This document shows positions 9,201-18,383 of a stretch of DNA of 23,986 nt, piece after piece; the stretch's first letter is position 1; each line of letters starts with the position of its first letter. The notes under the pieces are model-generated. The model ran no database searches. It was given only the letters and a program-made list of their open reading frames with translations, and was not told where the DNA came from. The stretch is from NCBI GenBank assembly GCA_028282585.1, contig JANQHR010000120.1:1-23986 (forward strand), given 5' to 3'. Position numbers and translations under genes: made by a program. This stretch comes from Bacteroidales bacterium (GTDB lineage: Bacteria; Bacteroidota; Bacteroidia; Bacteroidales; UBA12077).

Positions 9201-11173
9201 AATACAATAAATTCTTCTCCTCCTATTTCAACAGTTGGCGCACTTGATAAATCTATATCTTCGTAAATTGGGATTCTTTCACCTGTTTCCACTTTGTGTA
9301 AATACATAAACAATCGGTATTTACAATCAAGGGTCAAAGTCTGACACTGAGCTTTTAGCTGATTAACTTTTATTTGATACCCTATATTAAGTTCTGTTGG
9401 TTCCAGAAATACTAGTCTTTTAGAACTTGTAAAGGCATTACTCATGAAATAGTTATTTGTTATTTTATCAGATATGCTAATTTTATCCTCCGAAAGTCTT
9501 GCTCCATCAACATTTTCCAAATTTAGATTATCACCATCATAAAATGCAAGACAAGTAGCTAATACTTTCCCATCCATAGTGTTATAAGAAATTGTTGCAA
9601 TGTTATTTTGATCAACTTTAACTATTTTTGAAATACTTTGATGATCGGGCGCTTCGTTACCAAATAATCTAACTATTTCTGATTCGGAAGGAGTACTATA
9701 ATAATATTTTACTGTCTTACCACTTCCGTCTTCGGTAATTTTATGCATTGGCCCTAATCCTGATTCTTCGCGTAAACGATTTAAACCATCATCATAATAC
9801 ATTACTCTTGAAAATGGATAACCTTCTGCATTTGGAATTCTTTGGTCGATATTATTTTTATAGTAGCTGAAATCATTTGTTTCGTCTACAGGTTCTGCTA
9901 CCCCATTACTACCATCAGCATCGAAGTTCTTGGCTGTATATAATTCATTTCCTGTTGTTACAAATTTTTCTTTATACTCTTCAACTTTTCCATCAACCGG
10001 AACCGGCATAGTTACTAAGGCAGGGCGACCCGAATAATCATATACCGTTTGAACAATCTGTGTTACATCATCGGAATTAAGATAAACTTGTTTTTGTTTC
10101 TCATGATTTAGACCATTTGCAAATGATTTTATTTCTTTTGACTTATTCTCTTCGGTAATCACTCTTGAATAAATCCAGTTTTTATCCTCTTCACTATCCT
10201 CAAAATAAAAAAACGGTTCATCTAACGATGATCTAACCAAACTAACTTGTTCTGCATTACTATATGACCAAGGCCCCCAATTTAATTTATTAGCAACACC
10301 GTTAATATAATAAGAGCCTATAGGGCGAACTCTCCAAACATAAAAACCAGAACCCTGAGAAATAGTGAGCTTTGTTTCTTTTTCAATTTTAATTTGACCG
10401 TATTGATTAAAGATCTCTTTTATTGGCACTTCAAATGTAAGGGCCTTCGACCAATCCATCTCTGCAACGATCTCTACTTCATCATTTTTAGCAGAATTGA
10501 TATTATATAATTTCAATATTTGAAACTGATACAAACTGAAGGGGTAAGCATGTTCCCAGCTAAATACCGAATTTTCTTCATCAAAATTAGAATTAATAGG
10601 TTCTTCAATGAATTCATCGTCATTATACATTACATCATAAGCATAGTTAATGTTATAATTTAATGAAAAGCTTAAATTATCAGAAAAATCAGATGAAGGT
10701 TCTGTTGTTTCAACTAAAACTACATTGCTAATTATTATATAATCAAAATGATTTTCAAAACTACTTGTAATATCCTTATAGAAAACAGTCATTGGCTCTT
10801 CATTCTTGATAGTAAGGCTTATAGAAGATTCTGTAAAAACTGAGATTTCTACATCAGAAGAACTATATGCTAATATATCAAACTGGACATTATATTCAAA
10901 TGGTAGATTCTCACTTGAACTTCCATATCCGTATGATTGATCATCATTTATCGAAAAAACAAATTCGACTGAAGCATTGCTAACTTTGTATTTATTACCA
11001 TAATAAGTTGTTTCTTTAGGAACATTGGCTTGTGTTGTACCTGCGAAACCAATTGGAACCTTTAACTGTTCGTTTGTAGTTGTAGTTTGAGCAACTAAAA
11101 CATTTCCAATTATACTCATTAAAATGATAAAAATAATTTCTCGCTTAATTGACTTTAGGTTTATGCCCTTCAT
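6242..11173 (-). CDS. Secreted 1643-aa protein: FN3-like domain, RHS N-terminal (DUF6443-like) segment and long acidic Cys-rich C-terminal region; no RHS core
   Basis: Signal peptide ...IIGNVLVA|QTTT. FN3-like SW...YQFQI...YVWRVR...WGPWS. RHS-like SFANGLNHEKQKQ...YDYSGRPALVTMP...YPFSRVMY...LNRLREESGLG...DQNNIATISY...GKVLATCL. About 30 Cys, all at or after the end of that segment. Confidence 0.75.
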   Translation of the reverse strand: MKGINLKSIKREIIFIILMSIIGNVLVAQTTTTNEQLKVPIGFAGTTQANVPKETTYYGNKYKVSNASVEFVFSINDDQSYGYGSSSENLPFEYNVQFDILAYSSSDVEISVFTESSISLTIKNEEPMTVFYKDITSSFENHFDYIIISNVVLVETTEPSSDFSDNLSFSLNYNINYAYDVMYNDDEFIEEPINSNFDEENSVFSWEHAYPFSLYQFQILKLYNINSAKNDEVEIVAEMDWSKALTFEVPIKEIFNQYGQIKIEKETKLTISQGSGFYVWRVRPIGSYYINGVANKLNWGPWSYSNAEQVSLVRSSLDEPFFYFEDSEEDKNWIYSRVITEENKSKEIKSFANGLNHEKQKQVYLNSDDVTQIVQTVYDYSGRPALVTMPVPVDGKVEEYKEKFVTTGNELYTAKNFDADGSNGVAEPVDETNDFSYYKNNIDQRIPNAEGYPFSRVMYYDDGLNRLREESGLGPMHKITEDGSGKTVKYYYSTPSESEIVRLFGNEAPDHQSISKIVKVDQNNIATISYNTMDGKVLATCLAFYDGDNLNLENVDGARLSEDKISISDKITNNYFMSNAFTSSKRLVFLEPTELNIGYQIKVNQLKAQCQTLTLDCKYRLFMYLHKVETGERIPIYEDIDLSSAPTVEIGGEEFIVLNPVTFMETEIQTGTYIVEKKIIPGDPSVSLSNSEKDLQDQIAPIAKLISEWLKSIECEEMVQPYYNSMRRLADAINSWTFDTFDNTDPDDPNNTDHESFPVYEDIVGEFINFTYQRKTPKVMKELYEMYLLSEADDNSFYETPEGQNPEYILLNSGCCEILLNIKWVPTFDFSAEPELFDYDGDGPEVYNYYDIYNGSVNAEFIPDFEGYALAYLQDCAELSGEFDKNIENDESFYRYMEGWNYPGTFNMMIHNMLTDLYKCENPYIEARKQQEDKEYVNPYKNMLDACGNPVVDDCNDGECPQYTTRELFECWQAVLINLKQSFCSEDFSEYPQEGTNVSSSIDDENEGDKGVHDNHFDDNISGGGFITRWLAKRKMSKKMRGLNSDPDITSKTVYKQHLVEEFLNCTGYKFAKILSTYDAIPLGDEAYNSTDAARNGNFEYVSKTLNDKNKPFPLEMNELNKTLEEYIKNYRRDQSGNFQYPYIPLKNWGPMKEVPVDEESDEVKYVKMFPFIRNPIYAFKYFEYENEGMFPKLERDNNFDDPNDCFAIDEATGFIQLDQNNQPIRVPCCGEDLNDPFCYPDPDYPNLADLPDNGCGIKTIDINGQQTKVKYIVNDFAGFGRVKTPYTKYSWSCGQRYTFYLALKGHTEPGPKWQQLAEERNCNFYETPQEWWINPDLDGYDDLVTEDEKDQIETNNPGVILDKWDASNFDRYTDIVDPEGTYSYDPVDAISFVEYEIVRLLENCHSGCENKRSQLKMDIREMLLDKCYTIGECYDGTDLSIVPEGDIEIMADRLIEICKEQCELNTYSCHEFKSRHMNTKKSEVGYSHIEFRLDYGIAGHSTGTIDNCSGSSYVLDDEAYNTGVEIYLDTDANPDLFKYNSRDTYGYPYPVSWYQYTKLLQATEWNMVVELPSKCPENEGERDVEGCNEGWFDEAGSENYDTYMQREGYEVNDNTPTDMYDVRINDPVKSPAKKVIINIENN

Positions 11174-11177
11174 TGCT

Positions 11178-11906
11178 TTAATTCTTATTACTTATTAAAT
11201 GATAATAGCTATATCGTGAATTTAAATTTCCTTTTTCATCAAAAATTAAATCTTTAACTGGTGTCGGATACCAGTCTTTATAATCAAAATTTATTGTGTT
11301 GATTGTAATTTTTTGAGTCCTTAATTTCTGATCATTAGTAAAATACACCCACATTTCTTTAAGTGATTCGGATTTTAAATCATAGAGAAAACTCATTTTA
11401 TAAATATGAACTTCTTGCTGAACTTCACTTTTAAATGACAATTCTATTTTCTTATATTTTCGTTTATTTACCCTTGTTTTTTTACAATAGGTTATTGTTC
11501 CCGACTCAATTAATTTTTTTTGAATTTCAAGAATGTCCATCTTTTGCATGCTGGCATTTGGATTTTGAACACCATCAGACCAGATTATTCGATTCATTGA
11601 ATGGTATGCAACAAACAAATCTGTTGTATCATTATAATATGAAATTTGCGGTGTTTCGTAAATTGCCTGATTTTTAGATACAATTACCTTTACTTCTGAG
11701 TTAAAATCACTAATATTATATTTTTCGTAAAAGTCATATTCATATAAAGCATGTAAAAAATATACTTTATCATTTTCAGGTATATCCGGCACCGATATTT
11801 CCTCCAAATATTTAACAAGTAATTGCTTACACTCTTGTTGACCTTTTAAATTCAGAAAAGAGAATAGCAATAAACCAGTTAACAATAATATTGATCTGTA
11901 AATCAT
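11178..11906 (-). CDS. Secreted 242-aa protein, probable LolA-like (lipoprotein carrier) fold
   Basis: Signal peptide ...FLNLKG|QQEC. An N-terminal helix is followed by a run of short beta strands (VKVIVSKNQAIYE...SYYNDTTDLFVAY...NRIIW) and the C-terminus ...RYSYYHLISNKN. Size and pattern resemble Bacteroidetes LolA-like proteins. The CDS is well supported; the fold is an inference. Confidence 0.55.
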   Translation of the reverse strand: MIYRSILLLTGLLLFSFLNLKGQQECKQLLVKYLEEISVPDIPENDKVYFLHALYEYDFYEKYNISDFNSEVKVIVSKNQAIYETPQISYYNDTTDLFVAYHSMNRIIWSDGVQNPNASMQKMDILEIQKKLIESGTITYCKKTRVNKRKYKKIELSFKSEVQQEVHIYKMSFLYDLKSESLKEMWVYFTNDQKLRTQKITINTINFDYKDWYPTPVKDLIFDEKGNLNSRYSYYHLISNKN

Positions 11907-11911
11907 CTACC

Positions 11912-14900
11912 TTAATCTTTAAGAACTTTTGGGATGTTATATTGAACTTCTTGAATTGTTTTAAGTCCTTTCTCGGTTTCTAGTATCTTACCTATTAAAA
12001 ATCCTTTATCATTATACTGATATCGAATTGTAAAATGTTGATCGTCAAACTGAGAAATTAGTCTTAAACTTTTATCATAAACATAGCAGGTTACCTGAGC
12101 ATCAAGCGGTTGGAAACGTAGATCATCGATAAAAATATCTCCACCATACGTTGAAACTAAACCGATTGAAAGATTTTGACTATTTGAAAACTTTGATAAT
12201 ATAGCCGGATTAATTTCTGACTGATATAAAGCCCATTCGCCAGTTTGAGCTACCATATCCAATTTAATTAGTTCGGATCCACTAATGGAAGTGAAAAAAC
12301 TTGTCTTTAACAATTCCATATCATCACATTTGGCCCAAAATTTTAAAATTCCACCTACCGATTTTAGGTGATCAGTTGGCCAAACTTCTGTAATAATTTC
12401 AGTTGGACTTCCACTACTAAGATTCAGTTGCTTCGAATATTCTCCGGTATGGTATATACCTTGAATATTATCATCAGACTCAAAATCTTCAAAAAATACC
12501 TCATTAAATTCGGCATTCTGCGCAATTATGGATGGTAAGGTATAGTTGTTATTTTTATTATAAACGACAGTACTATTTATATTTAAAGCATTCTTTTCTT
12601 CAATAACATTGCTGTTTGGAGAATATTTATTTGCTGTTGATAACCTAATCCAGTTTTGGTCAATGTTGCTATCATCTGAATCTTCCCAATCAAATATAGT
12701 ATTCAAATCGAAGAATCCTTTTTCATAAACTTTACCATCAACATTCAGTGTATTTAGGTTGGTTTCATTATTATAAACATAAGATGACTTTGGCCTCCAT
12801 ACCTTATTCAATTCTGCTATTTTAGAAGAGGCATCCGGATACATGTTTTGTATTTTAACATCATTCCAACTGTCACTCCAATTATTCTCATAAGTATTTA
12901 AAGAGATTTCTTTTACATTCTGAATATTTATATTAAAATCATTTCCATTGTTATTAAACCAAGTATTTGTTGGTTTTGCAATTTCAGGATCTCCATATGT
13001 AATAATGCTCGCAGCGGTAGCATTTAATTGGTTTGTATTTTCAGAAAGCTCACTTTTCCTACCCATATCGTCGTAAATCCAACTAGCAGGAATATTCATT
13101 GAATAGTAGAAACTACTATATTCATTTCCTTCAATGTTCAATCCATTAAAATCATCATAAGTTTTAGTTATGATTGGATTTCCTGTATTAATATCAAATG
13201 CTAAGTTATCTGACCTGGAGGTTACACCATCTTTATAATTTTTTACACTCTTTAATATTGCTGGGTACCTAATTGTTTTTGTAGTTGCATGAGTAGCAAT
13301 AAGCTTATCGCCTAACGAAATCGAAGGCATCAGTGAAACAAAAATTGGAGGAAGCCAGTTAATGGTAACACTAATATCAATTTCAAGACTAAGATCAAAC
13401 GAAACATCTTTAACTTTATGTTTTGCAATGGTGATATCCATTTCTTTACCAGGAACCATAAATTCTTCACTGAAAGTTTTATTTGTTTCATCCCATTTTA
13501 ACATTTGAACCTTTTCTCCAGGTTCGAAATAATTATATTCCTGTTTGGTAACTAAATATCCTTTATGAACATCTTTAAAATTGGAACCTTCTAACCATGG
13601 CTCAGATAAATAATTACCGCCATATCCTGAAACAGATTTAATTTTTCCATTCATAGAATTCTGAATAAAACGGAACCCTTGAGCCATCCAAAATTTATGA
13701 GTCTCAAAATTGATTAATCCCAGTGGCAATGGTAAATAATCTACTATTCTTTGATCGCTTAAATTAGTATGTTCTACCCCTACACCCGATACATCATACA
13801 AATTATCATTGTAGTCATTAACAGTTTCGACATTTTCATTTTCTTCATCCGGTAAACCATAATACATATCTCTTGGGTAATCTTTTGAAGTATAATACTC
13901 ATGAACTTCGAAACCTGTACCTGTTTCTCCCGAATGGATATTTTCAACGATAACTCTTGAATAGATAATTGTTGGTGCATCAATAATTGATTCTCCAATT
14001 GGCCCTTCCGTTTGGGTTTTATCTTCGCCTGAAGTTAACTTACTATACCAATTTTGTTTTTCGCGTGGCATAAATCCAACAAAAGGATTCTCCTCGCGTG
14101 ATAAAGAAGGTTCATTGGTTGAAACGCCACTGCTGGTCTTACCATCTTCAAGAACATAATAATATGATTTACCAAATAATACCGCATCATCATCTTCTAA
14201 CCCCTGATCATATGTTAAGATATTTTTGACTCTTACTCCACCTCCTCTTTTTGACGAGAGCATAGGTAGTTTTAAATATGAGAGTGCTGGATTCAGCTTT
14301 CTGCAAAAAACATCGTGACTATATGAAATTAATGGATATGCCACTATACGTGGATCACTTTCTGCCATAAAACAAGCAGGAATAATCAAATCAAACTTAG
14401 GTGGATCCGGCCTGTTCCTCGATCCTTGCTGCGGCAAATAACCTTGGCCATTATTTGCTGCTTCCCAAATTCTTCTGTGGAATTTTGCTTCCCATAGTGG
14501 TTCAATACCATCTGAACTTTCTAATTTACCTAGTTTATTAAATGCAGCATAATCGTAACAAGCTTTGCGCGGTAAAGAAGTCATTCCATTATCAGCCGCT
14601 GTTTGCTCTGTTAGTTCTATAACAATAGATTTTTGCCCAGTTTCTGGATCTATAGATGAATATACATCTTTTAAATTTGCATACCCTTCAATATATTCCG
14701 ATTTACTATTAAAAAACGGTGTATTATTTAATAAACTATACAGAAACTTATAATATATTTTATCTTTTGCTTCTGAATCCTCCTCTTCTTCTTCACTCAA
14801 AGCCGGATCAGTCTCCAAGCCGAAGTGAATTTTGATTTTCTTTACAAGGTCTTTAAGCTGATCATCATAATTATATGTAATATCATTTGGATCACATCCT

Positions 14901-17836
14901 AAATCCTCAGGGTTTATATAGCATTTAGATCCGTCCGTTGCGGCACTATACAGGCTGGCCATAGCCATTACTGATTTATTTTGCACATAGTTATAATCCT
15001 TTTGCTCATATTGCACAATGATTTCACCTCCCGTTGGTAAAGAAATACGTTTTAAATGCCAAGCTGCCGGATCAAAAATGTGATCATAAGCTTTAATCTC
15101 TTTTCTCCAATTTTGATCTTGATTTAAAACTGTAGCAGGAATAGGTCCTTGATACTCCCAAGGAATCCTCTTATCATATCTTAATTTACCATATGGCATT
15201 GTATGTCCCCATGGACTCATCAAGTATGGTGTATAACCTGGATTCTGACTTGATGCATCTATCTGATCAGTAAAAGTTAACACATCGTTATCAACTTTGT
15301 ATTGACCTGAACTGGCATAATTATAGTGAAACTCATACGGGCTTACCTTTTGAGTAACTTCACCTTCGTATTCAAACCATACTCTTTTTAATGTAAGCTT
15401 ACCCGATCCGGGATTTGTTGAAGCACTTCCATTTTTATAATCAAAAACTGAATTTTCATTGTTTGGTACGTTGGGAACTAAACTATAATCATATTCAAAA
15501 TGAACAACCTTAATTGGCTTACCCATTCTGTCTTTAGCATACAAAACGATTCTTTCCAAATTTTCAGTAGACTTTCCTAAAGAACTAGCACTTCTTTTTG
15601 TATTTTGTGCTACAGGATCTGAACTTCCATTCAAATTTGGCGCTCCATATCCATCTTTTCTATCGATCTGTGATCCTTGTAAAATATCAGGTATACTGCC
15701 AATTTCACCAAAAAAGGCTTCAAACTCAGTTTTCTGGGTTTTGTTTGTTATAAAAAATGCAACGTGAGTTTTGGTTTCTATAGTTTCGAGATAATAAACT
15801 TCTTTTTCTCCGGTTATTAATGATCCAACATCGTCACGAGGATCTGAGATTTTATTTTGATGATAATAAAAGCCATTATATGGAGACCTAAAACGATACC
15901 AGTCATTATCTTCTCCTCCATGAATTCTTCTATAATCAAATTTGGTCCATCCACCAAAATCCCTGTCACTTGGTCCATTATTATCTACATCCACATAATT
16001 CGACTGAGTAATCTCCGTGAGCAAATATAAGTTGGCAAACGGCTCCGGCTTAATTTCGCCAATTACCGAATGATGGCCATTACTATATTCTTTAAGAGCA
16101 TTATCGCTAATTTGATATTTCTTATTTATCTTCAGCAATTCTAATTTTCTAAAAGCAAGGTAATTATTAACAACAGTGTGATCTCCTGGAATTATATTTA
16201 CACTCAAATTAGTGTTATTTCTTGTAAAAACAGGTTGGCCATATACATATTGACTACCATCAGTCTTTGTTATAGCAAATTCTACGATTGCATCATTGTT
16301 AGTTTCAGTTGGTATATTTTCAGGATCAAGTCTCTTATTTAAATTATTTCCACTTTTAACATCATTAAATGTACTTGTCATTATATGGTTTGAAGTACCC
16401 CAGTAATCAGAATCAAAATTCTTTTCTGGTAATAAATGGTTTTCTCTTAAATCAACTAAAACTCTACCAGGAATACTGCTTTGTTTTCTTAATTTAGCTG
16501 AAGTTAAATCATTATTTAAAGTATTTAGATCGTCTAAACTTGAAGGATTTACATTACCGACTGTTCCACCCAGATCACCGATAAACCTAAAAATAAATTC
16601 ATCTCCAAATTCACTAATTTCTCCCCAGTCATTAATATAGGTAGCTTGTTTGCCAGATCCAACATCTAACCCTGCACCTATATTGGTAACACCAAGCATT
16701 AATTCAAATCCCGCATTACCAATTTTCATAGTACTTTTTCCTCCACCAGGCCTATTCGCCCTAAAGTGGCCATATTTATTAGGAAAGGCGCGAAATGTAC
16801 CATTAAGTCCTTCTCCTGTAACACTAAAATAATCCGGGGAACTAAATGGTATACCAATAAAATAATCTCTTTTGTTATATGGGTCATCCTTTTCAATATA
16901 ATAATCCATCAGTTTATTATCCATATCCTCGTTAACTGACGGTGGATTTAAATAACCGTATCCGCTATTTGGGATATAATAATCATTGTATTGCACGTTT
17001 AAACTGGCAGCAGCTCCAACTTCAACACCGACCGGTATCATACTATTAATCTGTAAAGAAGTGCTATGGTTAAAAGCGAATCCACTGTATTTAGTAAACT
17101 TTGGTGTAAATGTAGCGCTTCCATTAGGGAAAAGACTTGAACTAATGTTAGGAGGATTATTAGAATCGATAGTGGCACCTTGGTGGTTATCAAAATCCTT
17201 CATCGCCTTCTGTATATCATCACTTAAAAACTTGGTCGGATTAATACTCACTCCCATCGTAGCTCCATCACTATCTACAGTGAAATTTAATCCTATTCCT
17301 TTTACATCAAGTCCTAAACCTTTTGTAGGGTAATAACCTTTATAATTATTAAATCTTAATGAAGCATTTAAATTAATAGGAAGGTCAAAACTAAATGCCT
17401 CTAATCCTAGTAGTTGAGTTCCACTTAGTGTCCAGTTAGGTTTGGTTTTGTTATATACGTCAACGGATTGTCCATTATAATCATCAGGTAATCCTTTTAA
17501 GGTTCTGTTTATGCTTCCGGGATTTAAGTTCCACCCAAATCCTACCCATGAAGCCTCCTTTTCTACAGAAACCCCACTGGTATAAGATAAAGATAAAGCA
17601 TATCCGCCCCCTTCTGCGCCGGGAATTTCTATAACTGGCAAATTATAAAAAAAATCTCCCGTAGATATATTTACCATATCATTGGTATTTACAGGAACAA
17701 ATTGTGTAAATTCAGGAGATTGAGGGCCTGAACTATTAGCATATAAAAAAAACGGTCTAAAAATGCTATTAAATAAATTAATTAATAACACTAACGAAAT
17801 GATCTTTGTGAACTTGGATTCTCTTAAAAAATTCAT
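11912..17836 (-). CDS. Secreted 1974-aa TcB/SpvB-like YD/RHS shell protein
   Basis: Signal peptide ending ...RPFFLYA|NSSGP. N-terminal MVNISTGDFFYNLPVIEIPG...LSLSYTSG...ASWVGFGWNL...GSINR...GLPDD is the SpvB/TcB-type start. Internal motifs LKRISLPTGGEIIVQYE, GGGVRVKNI and YSRVIV. The C-terminal YD-like end reads IDDLRFQPLDAQVTCYVYD...YQYNDKGFL. Confidence 0.78.
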   Translation of the reverse strand: MNFLRESKFTKIISLVLLINLFNSIFRPFFLYANSSGPQSPEFTQFVPVNTNDMVNISTGDFFYNLPVIEIPGAEGGGYALSLSYTSGVSVEKEASWVGFGWNLNPGSINRTLKGLPDDYNGQSVDVYNKTKPNWTLSGTQLLGLEAFSFDLPINLNASLRFNNYKGYYPTKGLGLDVKGIGLNFTVDSDGATMGVSINPTKFLSDDIQKAMKDFDNHQGATIDSNNPPNISSSLFPNGSATFTPKFTKYSGFAFNHSTSLQINSMIPVGVEVGAAASLNVQYNDYYIPNSGYGYLNPPSVNEDMDNKLMDYYIEKDDPYNKRDYFIGIPFSSPDYFSVTGEGLNGTFRAFPNKYGHFRANRPGGGKSTMKIGNAGFELMLGVTNIGAGLDVGSGKQATYINDWGEISEFGDEFIFRFIGDLGGTVGNVNPSSLDDLNTLNNDLTSAKLRKQSSIPGRVLVDLRENHLLPEKNFDSDYWGTSNHIMTSTFNDVKSGNNLNKRLDPENIPTETNNDAIVEFAITKTDGSQYVYGQPVFTRNNTNLSVNIIPGDHTVVNNYLAFRKLELLKINKKYQISDNALKEYSNGHHSVIGEIKPEPFANLYLLTEITQSNYVDVDNNGPSDRDFGGWTKFDYRRIHGGEDNDWYRFRSPYNGFYYHQNKISDPRDDVGSLITGEKEVYYLETIETKTHVAFFITNKTQKTEFEAFFGEIGSIPDILQGSQIDRKDGYGAPNLNGSSDPVAQNTKRSASSLGKSTENLERIVLYAKDRMGKPIKVVHFEYDYSLVPNVPNNENSVFDYKNGSASTNPGSGKLTLKRVWFEYEGEVTQKVSPYEFHYNYASSGQYKVDNDVLTFTDQIDASSQNPGYTPYLMSPWGHTMPYGKLRYDKRIPWEYQGPIPATVLNQDQNWRKEIKAYDHIFDPAAWHLKRISLPTGGEIIVQYEQKDYNYVQNKSVMAMASLYSAATDGSKCYINPEDLGCDPNDITYNYDDQLKDLVKKIKIHFGLETDPALSEEEEEDSEAKDKIYYKFLYSLLNNTPFFNSKSEYIEGYANLKDVYSSIDPETGQKSIVIELTEQTAADNGMTSLPRKACYDYAAFNKLGKLESSDGIEPLWEAKFHRRIWEAANNGQGYLPQQGSRNRPDPPKFDLIIPACFMAESDPRIVAYPLISYSHDVFCRKLNPALSYLKLPMLSSKRGGGVRVKNILTYDQGLEDDDAVLFGKSYYYVLEDGKTSSGVSTNEPSLSREENPFVGFMPREKQNWYSKLTSGEDKTQTEGPIGESIIDAPTIIYSRVIVENIHSGETGTGFEVHEYYTSKDYPRDMYYGLPDEENENVETVNDYNDNLYDVSGVGVEHTNLSDQRIVDYLPLPLGLINFETHKFWMAQGFRFIQNSMNGKIKSVSGYGGNYLSEPWLEGSNFKDVHKGYLVTKQEYNYFEPGEKVQMLKWDETNKTFSEEFMVPGKEMDITIAKHKVKDVSFDLSLEIDISVTINWLPPIFVSLMPSISLGDKLIATHATTKTIRYPAILKSVKNYKDGVTSRSDNLAFDINTGNPIITKTYDDFNGLNIEGNEYSSFYYSMNIPASWIYDDMGRKSELSENTNQLNATAASIITYGDPEIAKPTNTWFNNNGNDFNINIQNVKEISLNTYENNWSDSWNDVKIQNMYPDASSKIAELNKVWRPKSSYVYNNETNLNTLNVDGKVYEKGFFDLNTIFDWEDSDDSNIDQNWIRLSTANKYSPNSNVIEEKNALNINSTVVYNKNNNYTLPSIIAQNAEFNEVFFEDFESDDNIQGIYHTGEYSKQLNLSSGSPTEIITEVWPTDHLKSVGGILKFWAKCDDMELLKTSFFTSISGSELIKLDMVAQTGEWALYQSEINPAILSKFSNSQNLSIGLVSTYGGDIFIDDLRFQPLDAQVTCYVYDKSLRLISQFDDQHFTIRYQYNDKGFLIGKILETEKGLKTIQEVQYNIPKVLKD

Positions 17837-18254
17837 CCTTTTTATTATTTATGTAGTATAATTCAACTTTATTTATAACTTAAAAATTACCATACATTTA
17901 TTTTAATCATTGCTTTTTTGATTCGAGAAAACTTCAAACATCCTACTTAGAAAATTACCCTAGCAAAAAATTGCTTAAAACAAGATATAAAACCTCCACT
18001 CTGAAATTCTTAGATTTTTTAAAAAATCGGTAGGAATTCTTATCGATTAAACTATAACTGCTTGATTTTTTTGTACAATGCGATATATTAAAGGGTTAAT
18101 AATCTATTTATTTTTCTCTATAACCGAACACATAATTAATAATAATTTTTAAATCTACAAAAGCCAACTCATTTTTTTTTTTTAATGATTTAATACCGTT
18201 TTGGATAACTTTTACAAATTGGGAAGCAGAGGGCTATTTAAAATTAATATAAAT

Positions 18255-18262
18255 TAGTTTTG
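18255..18262 (+). promoter_or_regulatory. Candidate Bacteroidetes -7 promoter box (TAGTTTTG)
   Basis: Exact TAnnTTTG match about 120 bp upstream of the phosphoesterase gene. The context is very AT-rich, so a chance match is possible. Confidence 0.3.
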
Positions 18263-18383
18263 TATAATACGCTTTGTTTTTTTTACTTTTTTCAAACGCT
18301 CAATTAATATCTTAATAATTATTTAACTTTCAGCTTATTCAATTTTTAATTTAAGATTATTCTTTTGCAATAAAACCTAAACC

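Noticed and set aside
6337-17333. Small ORFs nested in or antisense to the 1643-, 242- and 1974-aa genes
   Set aside because: They fully overlap well-supported long CDSs and show no recognisable features. None looks like a separate immunity gene.
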